Assembly: GCA_030167865.1 (NCBI GenBank)
Contig: JALAGF010005513.1
Location: 1-34,972, forward strand
Source: Craspedostauros australis
Taxonomy: Eukaryota
DNA length: 34,972 nucleotides
Direction: 5' to 3'
Under the pieces are notes generated by a model. That model was not told where the DNA came from. It was given only the letters and a program-made list of their open reading frames with translations, and searched no databases. The position numbers and the translations under genes are program-made. Of the stretch, positions 19,361-31,577 are shown piece by piece. Each line of letters begins with the position of its first letter. The first letter of the stretch is position 1.

Positions 19361-21561
19361 CTAGGCTTCCTGCGATTCATCAGCGGCTTGGGCGACTTCC
19401 TTTGGCACTTCGACCTTGCCGTGGCGGGAGGCGCGGATCTCCATGAGCTCCTCGACATCCTCCTTCTTTGGTCCCTCCAGGTCGTATGCGGCTCCACGGT
19501 GATGGGAGATGTCCAAACCGACTTCCTCCTCGAGTGGGTCGACGCGGAACATGCCGAGGGCGTTGAGCACGATGAAGAATGGAGTCATGACGGTGAAGAC
19601 CCATGCGCAGACCCACAAGACGCAGCAGATTTGGCAGAGGAGGAGGTTGGCATCTCCGGATTCCTTGCCCCAAGAGTAGAACCATCCGGTGTGCAAGGTT
19701 GCGTATCCGGCGGTACGCAGCTTGCCTTCCTCAGCAAAGAGACCGACAGCGATCACACCCCAGGCTCCGTTGGCGAAGTGAACTGGGATGGCGTCGACGG
19801 CGTCATCGATCTTCATGGAGATCAGGAACTTGGAGAATCCGTAGTAGACCCATCCACCGACCATGCCGATGATGATGGACATTCCTGGTGTGACGACGGA
19901 GCATCCTGCGGTGATGGCGACGAGTCCACCCAGGGCTCCGTTCATGGCCATGGTGAGGTCGTACGAGGCCTCGCCGGTCTTGGATTGTTCAATGATGGTG
20001 TCGGTGAACATGGCAGTGACGCAACCGGTGGCGGCAGCGAGGGTGGTGGTGACGGCGCAGAGGGCGGCAGTGGCGGCGGAACCTGGATTGTCGATGGCCA
20101 AGGCAGAACCTGGGTTGAATCCGTACCATCCGAACCAGAGGACGAAGGTTCCGAGGATCTGGAGGGCGACGCTGTGGGCTGGGAACTCGCGTGGGGTCTC
20201 GAGTGGGTTTCCATCTTCATCGTGGAAGCGTCCCTTGCGTGGTCCGAGGATGATGGCAGCAACGAGGGCGGTGGCTCCTCCGGTCATGTGGACGACACCG
20301 GATCCGGCGAAGTCAATGACACCGACGTCACGGAATGGGTCGTCGCGGAATGCAGTGAGGAATCCGTGTCCGCTCCAGATGGATCGGACGACGACAGGGT
20401 ACACGAATCCTGTGAGGAAGACGGAGTAGCAGAGGTAGGCGGCCATCTTGCATCGCTCGGCGACGGTTCCGGCAACGATGGTGGCGGCGGTGGCGGCGAA
20501 TGCGAACTGGAAGAAGAATCCGATGAGATCACCGCTAGAGTCGAAATCGCGGATGAAGAAGTTCTCGGTTCCAATGAAGTCCTTGTCTCCGCTGCTGTTG
20601 TTGTCGTAAGCGAGGGCGTAGCCGACGGTGTAGAATCCGAGAGCTCCACCGCAGGCGTCCAGCAAGTTCTTCAACATGATGTTCTTGACATTCTTCTGGC
20701 GGACGGATCCAGCACAGAGCATGGCGAATCCGGATTGCATCAGGAAGACGAGGGCTCCCTGTACTCGTAGTTGTGCGCGTTTGTGCGTGTGTAGGTGCGT
20801 GTATAAGAGTGGAAGAAAGGTCATTCATGACGTTCGTTGGCCAGGGCGCAGATGCGTGGTTGGATAAATTAGTGGGCCGACGAACGAGAAGGAATGGAAT
20901 ATCCGTTCAAGGTTTCATGGTTTGTGGGGATATGATTACAGCAACGATGAGCCGAAGGGACGGGTGAGATTTGGCACACATGTGGACCCAGCACACAAGG
21001 CAGTGACGTTCCGCGCAGCATGGCCAAGCATGATTCATGCGTTGGCCGATATTCTCCTCTGGCTACATATTTCATTTTCGGTTGTGCGTACTTACTGCGA
21101 AGAGAAGGAAGAAGGTGTTGATACCATCGATGAGGCCTGAAACTCCCTGTTAGTTCGATTGGACAGTCAAGGCGCACGACGATTGAAATGGGCGTGTGTC
21201 GGTAGTAGGAAACAAGGGTGAACGCGGAAAGCAGGTGTGAGAGTGCGTGTCGATGTGTGGTGGGTGCGTCTCAGTGGCATGGGCATCGCATGTCTCATGC
21301 TTGATGAAGTCTGGGTGTTGCACGGATGCCTCGGCGAATCGCGATGACATGGCAGTCTGCCGATGCTTCGTGGCGCATTGTGTCGCCACCACAAGTTGTG
21401 TCGGTTGACGGATAAGGGCACATCGAGCGAAGATGCCTCCGTCTTCAAAAGGCAAACACTGTGGTATGACTTACGCTGTAGAGATTGCAGAGGTTGGTGT
21501 CAATGCCATCGGCTGGCTTGTCGCAGAAGTCGTCGAGGGTGGTGGTGTTGAAGTCAACCAT
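19361..21561 (-). CDS. AMT1: Ammonium transporter, AMT1 family (~511 aa, 3 exons)
   Basis: Exons 21561-21475 (MVDFNTTT...NLYS), 21146-21096 (GVSGLIDGINTFFLLFA) and 20758-19361, with GTAAGT donors and CAG acceptors. Motifs MQSGFAMLCAGSVR, FQFAFAAT, DFAGSGVVH, WFGWYGFNPGS and DDAVDAIPVH (twin His present). Confidence 0.95.
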
Positions 21562-24500
21562 TTTGTTGCTGTCTGCGGTGTCCAGTTGGTCGCCATCGTT
21601 GGATCAGGGATTGGAAAGCACCGCAGGAGGAGTGTGGATGAGCGACGGGACGACGAAGCAGGTGAGACGACTTGCGAAATGAGAGCTTGGGTCCATGATT
21701 ACAGGGGTGACAGCCAACTCGGGGGTGTCACATGCTGACACTGCGGCATATTTTGCGTTTCGCGATGTGGCCGTTCAGTCAGCGTGCGGGGCAGGAGCGG
21801 CAATCCGGCACCATTGTCTGTGCGAGACTGCCGCTCCGTGTTCCCATGGGTTTGCGGCATTGCCGAGCGGAGAAGCAGCAAGCAAAATTTGACCTATCTT
21901 CTCTCCCGAACGCCGTCACATGAGGCACATCGGGTCCTCTGATGCGCGATGTGCGGTGCGAGAGGCAGGCGTCGAGATCGGTGAGCCGAGAGATGCGCCA
22001 CCAAAATGGTGGCTGTAGGATGGCAGCTTGCTTGCACTTACATTCTTTGATGTGGTCGAGGTTTTGATGATTGGCTCACAACAAGAGGATTTTTGTTTTA
22101 TGATTGAAGAACGGAGGGTTGTGGGTTGTGGTTCGGTTTGGCTTGAGTTTTGCTTTTGCTTTGTTGGTGTTGAGGAGGGATGCGTCGTGTTGTATTGTGT
22201 GGCGTTGTGCTGTTGTCCTGTTCCGTTTTCACACATGTGTGAGGTGTTGGTGTCGACCAGGGAGAGAGGTCCGCCGTTCTTGCCGAAGCGTTTTGGATCC
22301 AAACTTGGAACAAAACAAAGCCTGCAACACACAGCGTGGGCCTGCACAACACCAACAACAACCGACCAATCATCCAACATCAATCCAGGTGCACAATGGT
22401 CCGCGGTCTTCGGAAGCAGAAACCAGCAACTGCACCCACAAACCTCATTTTTTGTTCCGATAGAATGCAAGGAGGATTGGTGTCAACACATCTGTTTCCG
22501 AAGAACAAACCAGCACCTCCCAACACGCAGATGCACCCTAAGCCTGAAACAACTGATCACAACTTCCGGAATTTTCTGGGAATCAAAGCAGTCATGACAG
22601 AACAGTGCTCCGCGCGCACCGCGCGCACAAAGAATACAGGATGTCCACTCTTGTCGCTCTTCCTCTTTGGGCGTGTCCCGCTGACGTGCGCGCAGCACCG
22701 ACACGTCGTCCCTATATACCGTCACGACAGCACGCGCCGGGCATCGCAATTTTCTGCCAAGTTGACATCGGAGGAGAAAGCGAAAAGCATGATTTTGGAT
22801 CCGAACAAGTGCAACGAAATTGCACAGAATCGTTCCGATGTCAACGGCTGCGGGAGCTGGATCCGCGGTTGAAGATGATATTTTGTCATTTGAGAAACTG
22901 ACAAGGAGAACAGGCACTCGCATGAGTGCGAGAAAGGCGTGCAACATTCTGTATCCACGGAGAAGACAGTTTGCCGCATACCCGAATATGTCATTGTTGC
23001 GAGGTGCGTGACTCACCTCGTGTGCGAGTAGCCAAGGCTGTGCTTCCAGGCACACTTGCGTGTGAATCGCTTCTGCGATGAACGGGGCATGGTACGAGCA
23101 CGACAATCGAACCGGGAGAAAATGACAGTACTCGTTCTACTGAATTCTACTGATACAATCGCAATTACTATTTGATGACAAGGAACTCTGCTTTTTGACA
23201 TTATTGACACACAAGTAATCATGATGAACGGAAAGTGTGAAACGGGAGTTGGAGCTGACATTTTTGTCGGATGCCTGGCGCGCTCAACATGGCTCGTCAC
23301 GCGCACACATGCCCACCATTTAGTTCCGATGTCTGTTCTTCCACAAGACAAGAAAGAAGCAGAACAGTTTTTGGCGACCACCAAACAGAGAAAGAACAGA
23401 TGAGTGTCCGCAAATAGGGCACGCTCACCACTCCACGATGCATTTGCTATGTAATGTGGCTGCTTGTCCTCGCTGCTTTGACGAGAGAGCACGATTACCT
23501 TCGGTGGGGACAAGATGGGACCGCGGATGGATTGGAAACAGTATCCACTTCAACCTCCAACGGCGGGTGGCAGAGCACGGGTAACCCTCATGTGTGATGA
23601 TGAGATCCCAGTTCCGATTATTGCTGCCGATGTAGGAAAACGATTGATGCTGCACATCCAGGAACGGCTGGAGGTCGGCAAATGAAGCGTGAGGACCTCC
23701 ACAGAGTCCTTATCCGGACTACTCTGTTCGTTTGTGGGGTGGCAGGTTCCGTGCCTTGTGCTCTGGTGTGTGTGTGGTGTTGTAGTCGTGCGGTGGTGCA
23801 CGACCACAAAGCCCCAAAGCCTTTCGATTAGAAAATATCACCCACGAACACTCATCATTCGCTCTGCTCTTGATACATGTGTTGTGTGTGGTGGGACTCT
23901 TCAGTACGAGAAGGACCACAACCTGCTCTAGAGTATGTATTCGTATCCTCAGACCAACACCCACGCATACGTATGAAGAAAACAACTTGTTGCTCGATTC
24001 ATAAACGGAGTTTTCTTGGGTGTTGACGGAATCTTCCGTTTGCTGCAGCGGTAGATGGTGCAAAGCAAACCTCCTCGACAATCTTTGGAAATTGTGGAGA
24101 TGGCGAAACTTGCTTGTTCACGGACAACGAATGAGATCGAGATCAAGGAACAGAGGGGATCCAACCATTGAGCTCATCCAAATCGCGGATGTACCAGCAG
24201 AGCAAACTTCGTGATGGGCATCCGCAGTTTGTTCGGAGTACTGAGGAATGGTTCGAAGATGAACCTTTCCGCTGCATTTTCAAACACAGCTAGTCCCTGG
24301 GTCGTGCTCAACAGGGAGAGAGAGAGAGAGCTATCCCTATGCCATACGACCAATAACTTCACCACTGATGGTACCATACGTATAATTTTATTCATACCCA
24401 TTCAACATGGATATAAGACAAAGAGAAGTGTGTCCTGGTGCTCTCTGCCGCCATCGCGTCTGCAATTGGATGGTAAGAGAGGTCATCTGGTTCACGAGCT

Positions 24501-25536
24501 GCTCGATGTATGATGCGCTCCGTGCTATCCCACGCCATTTCATCCATGCTTCTCCCATGGTGCACACTCGCACGATCTTGTCTCCGAAACACCTGCTCCT
24601 GATGCGACAAGTCTCGGAAGAGGCTCGGTAATGAAGAAAGCACGACTACCAGACATGCGAGTACGAGTAGGTCTCGCCAATCATGCCTGCTCTGCACTAT
24701 TTCCCGTATTTTAGTGTGAATGACGCGACATGACATGGCGTAGTATGACACCTACATACGCGTGCTCTAGAATGGATGGTGTGTCCCAAGGAGTCATGCT
24801 TCGGATTTCCTTGTGTTGGATTGAATCCTTCGCCGCTGTTCCATTCGATGGTGGCCTTCCTGTTGCCCCTCGGTGGTGCGATTGGTGAGGGCCGACATGG
24901 TGGCAGCTCAACCAGGCTCCGCGAACATCGATGGTCGGCAACTTCGACCATTGCATTCCCACAATCGATCATTGTTGTCGCCGGCCATTGGTCGTCGTAC
25001 TGACGGAATAAATGATGTTCTGGATCATCCTTGTCGCGTCGTTCCCAGTTCTTGTTGTCAAATTTATGAAATAGGCTTCTGCCGTAACTCCTCAACAGAC
25101 GGTGTGAACTATTCGTGGTGCCTTGGCGCGAAGATGGACAGCACCAACCTCTCCGCCAAGCATGCACGGAGGCAAGGTACACATGCGGGCATATGCTCGT
25201 GACTCAGTATCGGAATGTTCTGAAATGTGTGTAGGCACAGACATGGAGACATGGGCACATAGACAGGTGGGGGGAGAGAGGGAGATCAATCGTCTGCGCA
25301 TCATCCATTTGTGATCACGGAACGCAGTGCTCTTTGGAAGACTCTACGACGCCATATCACGCAACGCCTGATGGGGAAGGCTATCGCGATTAGCTCTTCC
25401 ACAGGACGGTATACGAATAGACCATCACGATGTGCCAAAAAGTGAAGGACGCGATTGCTGCGTCAGCAACGGCACGCCACGAACATGGGGACGAAACAGG
25501 AGAGTCGAGGAAGAGAGTGCAAAAGGCGGAAAAGAA

Positions 25537-25609
25537 AGCTCACACCGAGGGTCGAACTCGGGACCTCCTCATTACGAATGAGGTGCAATAACCACTATGC
25601 TATGCGAGC
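25537..25609 (-). tRNA. tRNA-Thr (anticodon CGT)
   Basis: Cloverleaf: acceptor GCTCGCA/TGTGAGC, anticodon arm CCTCA-TTCGTAA-TGAGG, T arm CCGAG-TTCGACC-CTCGG. Followed by a T-rich Pol III terminator-like tract. Confidence 0.95.
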
Positions 25610-25932
25610 TCGGAACTTCTTTTCCTGTTTGCTTCCGGTGACAGAATTATACTACAAATAAATTAATATTTCATTGTTGCTGTGGAACGATGTTTGGCCA
25701 AGACCTGAAATTGGCACTTGTGTGATGTTTGCCCCACGGCGACATCAGGACTTGTGCACCCGACGAGATCTGTGAAGAAACATTGGCCCGCACCATCACA
25801 GAAATCGTCCAAGAGAAACCTCCAAGACCGTTCTGTTTGCTGCCCACACCGTCTATTGGTTGGCTCGTCAATTCCCACCAATACGCTACGAGTACGACCT
25901 TTCCAACAGAGCTTTCTGCCACTCCCCACACC

Positions 25933-27407
25933 ATGCTTTGGGTCGACAAGTACCGACCAACGTCTCTCAATGATCTGACGTACAGCGATGGAGTGACAGA
26001 ACGGCTTCGAGCATTGGCCAGCAGCCCATCGAACCTCCCCCACCTGTTCTTTTACGGCCCAGAGGGGAGCGGCAAGAGTACGAGGATCGCAGCGCTTCTC
26101 CGCGAGCTGTTCGGGAAGTCAGCGGAGAAGCTGAAGCTGGACAAGAGGACGTTCACCACCCCGTCCAAGCGGTCCGTCGACATCAACCTCATCACGTCCC
26201 CGAATCACGTGGAGCTGAGCCCAGGAGATGCTGGGCTGAACGATCGCTACGTGGTGCAGGAGGTCATCAAGGAGATCGCGTCCACAAAGAACGTCAGATC
26301 GGCGATTTACGCATCCCTCGCGGGTGGGGAGAGCGGTTCGTCATCGGCGACATCAGCGCCGATCTCAATCGAGGCCATATCGCTCAAGATCGTGGTGCTC
26401 AAGGACGTTGACAAACTCACAAAGCCCGCGCAAGCCGCGTTGCGTCGGACCATGGAGAAGTACGCGGCGTGCTGTCGCCTGATCCTCTGCTGCTCTTGCC
26501 CGACGAAGCTCATTGGTCCGTTGCGGAGCAGATGCTTGGGGATCCGTATTCCAGCACCAACGAAGGAAGAGGTGAGGATCTGGTTGCTGCTGCCTTTGCG
26601 CTTGCATACCTGTGGTAGATCTTTTGGTGCCCTCGTTCCGTCATCTCCTCTCACTCTCGCTCTCACCCCTGCTGACAACTCGCTTCCTCTCCTTTTCTCC
26701 CATTATATATATATTCCTGACAAATGTTCTACTCTACATCATACCCTGCTATGCTCAACTCGTACTCGTACTCGTACTCGTAATCGATCATCACACGAAT
26801 CAACTCAACTTCCCTTCCGGCAACCACACTGATACATACTCGTATATGGCACTCTTTGTGTGCATCAATGAACGCATTCGCACACACGCGCGCGCACATG
26901 CATGAGCAGATTTGCGATGCGCTGAGCAACGTGGTCCGGAGAGAAAAGCTAAGCATGAACCCATCAACGCTGCAGAGCATATCAGAGCTGTGCAACCGCA
27001 ACGCCAGACGCGCCGTGCTCATGCTGGAGGCGGCGACGATAGAAGGGACATCCACAGGAGGGGCGGCGTCCTCCGACCCCGTCATCCCTGTCACTGACTG
27101 GGAACTGTACATTCGGCAGCTGGCGAGCGACATTTCCAAAGATCAAAGCCCGCAAAGGCTCATGGCAGCGCGGGAAAAACTGTACGAGCTGATCGTGAGC
27201 TGCATTCCTCCTCAGCTGATCCTCAAGACGTTGGCGCAAGAGCTCATCAAGTCGCTGGATGATTTCCTCAAGCTCGAAGTTCTCGAGTATGCAGCCTTCT
27301 ACGAACACCGACTGTCGCATGGTGGCAAAGAGATCTTCCATTTGGAAGCATTCGTGGCGAAATTCATGGCAATTTACAAGAGATACCTCAACGAGCTGTT
27401 TGGGTAG
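25933..27407 (+). CDS. RFC3: Replication factor C small subunit (human RFC3 / yeast Rfc5 type), ~378 aa, 2 exons
   Basis: Exons 25933-26571 and 26910-27407 (GTGAGG...CAG intron, phase 0). Motifs MLWVDKYRP, PHLFFYGPEGSGKST, AQAALRRTMEKY, RSRC and IFHLEAFVAKFM. Confidence 0.95.
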
Positions 27408-28098
27408 GGGAGACAGTGCGTTCTCTTATACTCTGAAGGGTACGATAACGACACCAAACGACGCACAGAAGAGTGGCAATCGGCGGCTGAACAACTGAGG
27501 ATACGAGTAGCCGTATTAGCAGATGCCAATACTCACCTATTGGTACACTGCCAACAGTGGTGTCTGACAGCACTGCTGTTCACGGCTAACACTCTCCATT
27601 CCTGGTACCACATCATTGTGTATGCTTTGGAACTCTTGGCCGCAACCGCGCTCAAGGGCCGAATGTTGCCTTATTGCATATGCGAGGATACGATTTCGTA
27701 TACTGCGAATATTGTCACAGCATTCGTTTATCCTCGGAGTGCATAAGTGGCATAGCATTCTCATGTAATAGTGCTCTCTTCGTAAGTGTAATACAATGTT
27801 ACGAGGCAATCGTATGGTGTGCCTGTACGATCACAAGGAGTGTGTTGTACACGAAGGATCGGGGCCGTCGGCGCTCATCATGGCTGGACCATGCGCACCA
27901 TACGTGCCGTGTAATATTAGCCAGTCATGGTGCAGAATCAATGCTCTGGACTAATTCCAATTTGCATTTGGTTGTCACCATCAACGTTCCAGGAGCCCTC
28001 TCCTCTTCCTCCTCCTTTTGTGGCTACGATCGCTGCGAGGGCCACTGCAACTGCAACTGGTGATGGCGGTAGTGATGGGAACGGGCAGAAAATTGTCT

Positions 28099-29481
28099 TC
28101 ATTTTGTGGTCACAACGATTTTGCCGATCGTTGTGCCGCTGTGCAGCAGATCATGAGCATCCCCGATGCATGACATCTCCATTTCGACAATTCGCGGACA
28201 TGATAGTTTCCCGTCATCAAGCCATGCAGATATCTGGTCATACAAATGCCCCAGCATGTCGATCTCGTCAACAAAGAAGGAGAGGTTGAAACCGAGCACA
28301 GACTTGTTCTGCGTGGTCAGGTCCATGGGCTCGAACTTGGGCATCCTGGACATCTTCGACGCCATCTTGATCCACTCGGTCGGGGACAGCATGTCCTTTC
28401 CCATCGGTAAATTCGTGTGGAAGCCAAACGTTATCAGGCGGCCTGTGGGAGCGAGGTGGTCATACGACTGCTGCAACGTCGCAACCCCGCTGGAGTCCGC
28501 AACCAGAATGAATCCGTTCGGTACAGCCCCCGCTGCAGCACTCCAGAGGTCCTCCTGACTCTTGTCGATGACTACGTCGCACCCGAGCGTCCTCGCTGCC
28601 TCCACCTTAGAGGTTCGTCCCACGACTCCAACCACTGGACCGAGGCCCAATATCTTTGCCATCTGCACTATCATTCCGCCCACCCCACCGGCGGCAGAAT
28701 GGACCAGGACTGCTCGGTTCGATGGGCGGACGTCATGGATGGGGTACTGTCCACCCAAGTGCAGGGTGTACAGAGCAGTCAAGGCTACCGATGGGAGAGC
28801 AGCGGCCTGAGTTGGAGACATCCCGCTCGGTATCGCACGCAACTGAGCAGCAGGAACTAGCACCCTGGTGGAGTACGCGCCGAAGAAGGTGGCCCCAAAC
28901 ACCTTCTGGCCGATCTTGAACTGACGAGCTTCACCATGCCCCTCACCATGCCCACCATCAGCACCAGCGTCAGCATCGTCACTATCATTATCACCAACGG
29001 CTGCTTGGCGACTGCTATCATTTGTTGAGCCAGGGTAGACCTTCTCTACGACGCCAGCCACGTCAAATCCAGGACAGATAGGCCAACCGACGAACTTGTT
29101 GGCGCTTTCGTACAGCCCCCACCGGATGGCGCAGTCAGCAAAGTTGACCGAAAAGGCTTCCACGCGGACGAGGACCGACCCTGCAGGAATTGCCGAGGTC
29201 GCCGTCAGATCTAGGAATGAGCCAACATTGCCCATGTTGTAGCCGACGGTGACCATGTTCGGCTTGAGGGTGATGACCCGCAGTTGCTCCCTCCCTCCAG
29301 GCCTCCCGATGGCCACGCACCGTGTCTGCTGCGGCGAAGGAGGGGTGGTGCTGTCATGCTCTTGTGATATCGGCGGCAGCAGCTTCGGCAGCAGGCGAGG
29401 GAAGAAGGACTTCACGACCCAAGACACGATGTTGGCGACCACAGCAGAAATGACCTCGAGGTCTTGTCCAAGCACCTTCAT
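28099..29481 (-). CDS. Medium-chain dehydrogenase/reductase, VAT-1 / quinone oxidoreductase-like
   Basis: Motifs VRVEAFSVNFAD...GLY, PGFDVAGVV, FGAYSTRV, VLVHSAAGGVG (NADPH binding) and TIGKIVV. Start taken at ATG of MKVLGQD (29481); an upstream exon is not excluded. Confidence 0.85.
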   Translation of the reverse strand: MKVLGQDLEVISAVVANIVSWVVKSFFPRLLPKLLPPISQEHDSTTPPSPQQTRCVAIGRPGGREQLRVITLKPNMVTVGYNMGNVGSFLDLTATSAIPAGSVLVRVEAFSVNFADCAIRWGLYESANKFVGWPICPGFDVAGVVEKVYPGSTNDSSRQAAVGDNDSDDADAGADGGHGEGHGEARQFKIGQKVFGATFFGAYSTRVLVPAAQLRAIPSGMSPTQAAALPSVALTALYTLHLGGQYPIHDVRPSNRAVLVHSAAGGVGGMIVQMAKILGLGPVVGVVGRTSKVEAARTLGCDVVIDKSQEDLWSAAAGAVPNGFILVADSSGVATLQQSYDHLAPTGRLITFGFHTNLPMGKDMLSPTEWIKMASKMSRMPKFEPMDLTTQNKSVLGFNLSFFVDEIDMLGHLYDQISAWLDDGKLSCPRIVEMEMSCIGDAHDLLHSGTTIGKIVVTTK

Positions 29482-30165
29482 GTGGTCTAATAATAATATA
29501 ATATTTGGGGATGGCGAAACTGGAATATGCAAGAGTATGCTCGAGAGAGTATGACAGCTACAACGTGGCCGCTGCTGTTGGCATAATGGTATTGTATAAT
29601 AGCTTGTATAATACAATAGGCACTTGCCGGCAAGCTTAGATGGCGTTGTTGCCACGGGTACATGCGCTGCTCCACTGGTTGGTGTTGTTTGTGTTGGTTT
29701 TGTTGGCCCAAAATGCAGAGTATCTTGTGCTGATTTGGGAGATGGTGTAAATTTATCAAAAATGCTGCAATTATGTTGTGAGTGCTTGTCACGAAGATAC
29801 TATGTCCATAGTTACGTATGTTTGGTACTATTCCTGTTGAGCACATTCAGCCAGCCAGCCAACCAATCAACCAGTTGCGTCACGGAATCACAACCACACC
29901 AAACAACACAAGCGGAGCGCGCATTTCGTCATCCGCAGAACAGAAACAACATTCCCACCACCAGAACAAGGAGCAGCCGCCTCCCCAACATACTACGTGT
30001 GTACATCCGAGTATTCGTGCCCAAGACAACAGGAGCGGAGACAAAGAAGGAACTTTAACAAACCAACCATTACAGTTCTTCTTGATCGTCGTTGCGGCGC
30101 AAAAGAGAGCTGCAGAGAGACAAAGAGGCAAGGGAGACGAGCGCATCAGGGCAGAGTGGCAAAAG

Positions 30166-30927
30166 ATGGGAAAGGCGGCGTTTTCGGGAGGTTCCCTGTC
30201 ATTCAAGGGCGACGCGAAGAAGAAAAGCAAGAAGAGCAAGAAGAAATCGAAAGAGAGCAAGCAAAAGCTCAAGCTCAAGAGAGAAGAAGAAAAGAGGAGC
30301 AGCAATGGCGATGCAGTGGAAACATACAACGACGGTGATGACGATGGCGATGACGACATGACAGATGCAGAACGCAAGGCCATGGAACGAAGGAAGGCGC
30401 GCCAAACGGAAGAAAACACGAAACTAGCCAAGCAATCGCACCGCGATCGAATTGAGACGCTCAATGCGAAACTGGGCTCCATGACAGAGCTCAATGACAT
30501 CCCCCGAGTGAGTTCATTGATACTCGTGTGGCATGCGTATCTCCTCAGGCTGCACCTGTTTGGGTTGTGTTGGAGATCTTCCCACTGTTGGAGTCACCTT
30601 CTGCGCGATCAAGAATGAAGGATGGATAAGGCGCAACTTCTGTCTGGTTGCATGTTTGTTTCGTTGCATGTCTGTATTTTGCATCAATCACTGGCACCGC
30701 CACCACTAATGTTCGGTCAACGATAACACTGAAAGGATTCGAAACCTATACTGATCGCATGCGAGTACAAGTGCGAGTACAAGTGCGAGTGCGAATACGA
30801 TTACATGGACGTCTACAACTCACTCATGGCTCATACACGTACGTCGCCCTCAAATGATCTTCCCATACCATTCTACTGCTATCTTTTCTTTTCATATCCA
30901 CAGGTCAGTGCAGCTGGAAACGGTTAG
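30166..30927 (+). CDS. FAM32A: FAM32A / DUF1754-like small basic nuclear protein (~121 aa, 2 exons)
   Basis: Exons 30166-30507 and 30904-30927. N-terminal GGSLSFKG plus Lys tract, MTDAER, and SHRDRIETLN.KL..MTELNDIPR|VSAAGNG*. Confidence 0.85.
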
Positions 30928-31577
30928 GCGGGGTCTGGCGGATGGAAGCGCAGGTATCCCAACTTGAACCTTCCTTCGCACTGTGTCATTCTTGCAAAGT
31001 CTTGGAATACGAATACAAGAGGATTAACGGGGTAATGGGGTATGCATTTCCAAACTTGGAACCAAAGCATCCGCGCGTTCAGCCCCGTTTGGAACAATTG
31101 GAGGCGTACGGGCACTTCTCTGTATTAGTGCCCACAATTTAGCAAGGCAGGAAGGACAAATGGAAATGCCAGAATGGACCAAGTACGCTTGTACGACTCG
31201 TACATGGCAGATTATCAAAGCAGTGCTGTAAAGTAAAATCCGAAACGGGTAGAGAGCAACACGCGCGTTCATACCATGCTGGTGTGCTCTTGGTTTCAAA
31301 AGTAGTTCCGTGGCACGTGCATTGTATGGTACACCTTTGCGCAAGCACAAATACTGCTTCTACTTTCTTTTAATATGAGAGAGTGGAACGCGACATGATA
31401 TTGTTGTATGGCCAACGAATGCTTGTCCGTCGATTTCGTTGGAATTCATAAAACCGGGAACCGTATGAAATGGGGGCATGCCATGCAGTTATGCAATGGC
31501 GTATGAAGACGAGCACGGAGACGGGCGGATCCATTTCTACTCGTACGCAGCAGTGGATGAAGCATGGGTTTTATGAT

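Noticed and set aside
19235..20770. 511-aa plus-strand ORF antisense to AMT1
   Set aside because: Mirror of a strongly codon-biased gene with no recognisable motifs; the AMT1 strand explains it.
24697..25182. 161-aa minus-strand ORF in the intergenic region
   Set aside because: No recognisable motif or splice support; length is within chance for GC-rich DNA.
29818..30165. N-terminal extension of the FAM32A ORF (similar extensions on RFC3 and the VAT-1-like ORF)
   Set aside because: Non-ATG or non-homologous leader; family similarity begins at the downstream ATG.
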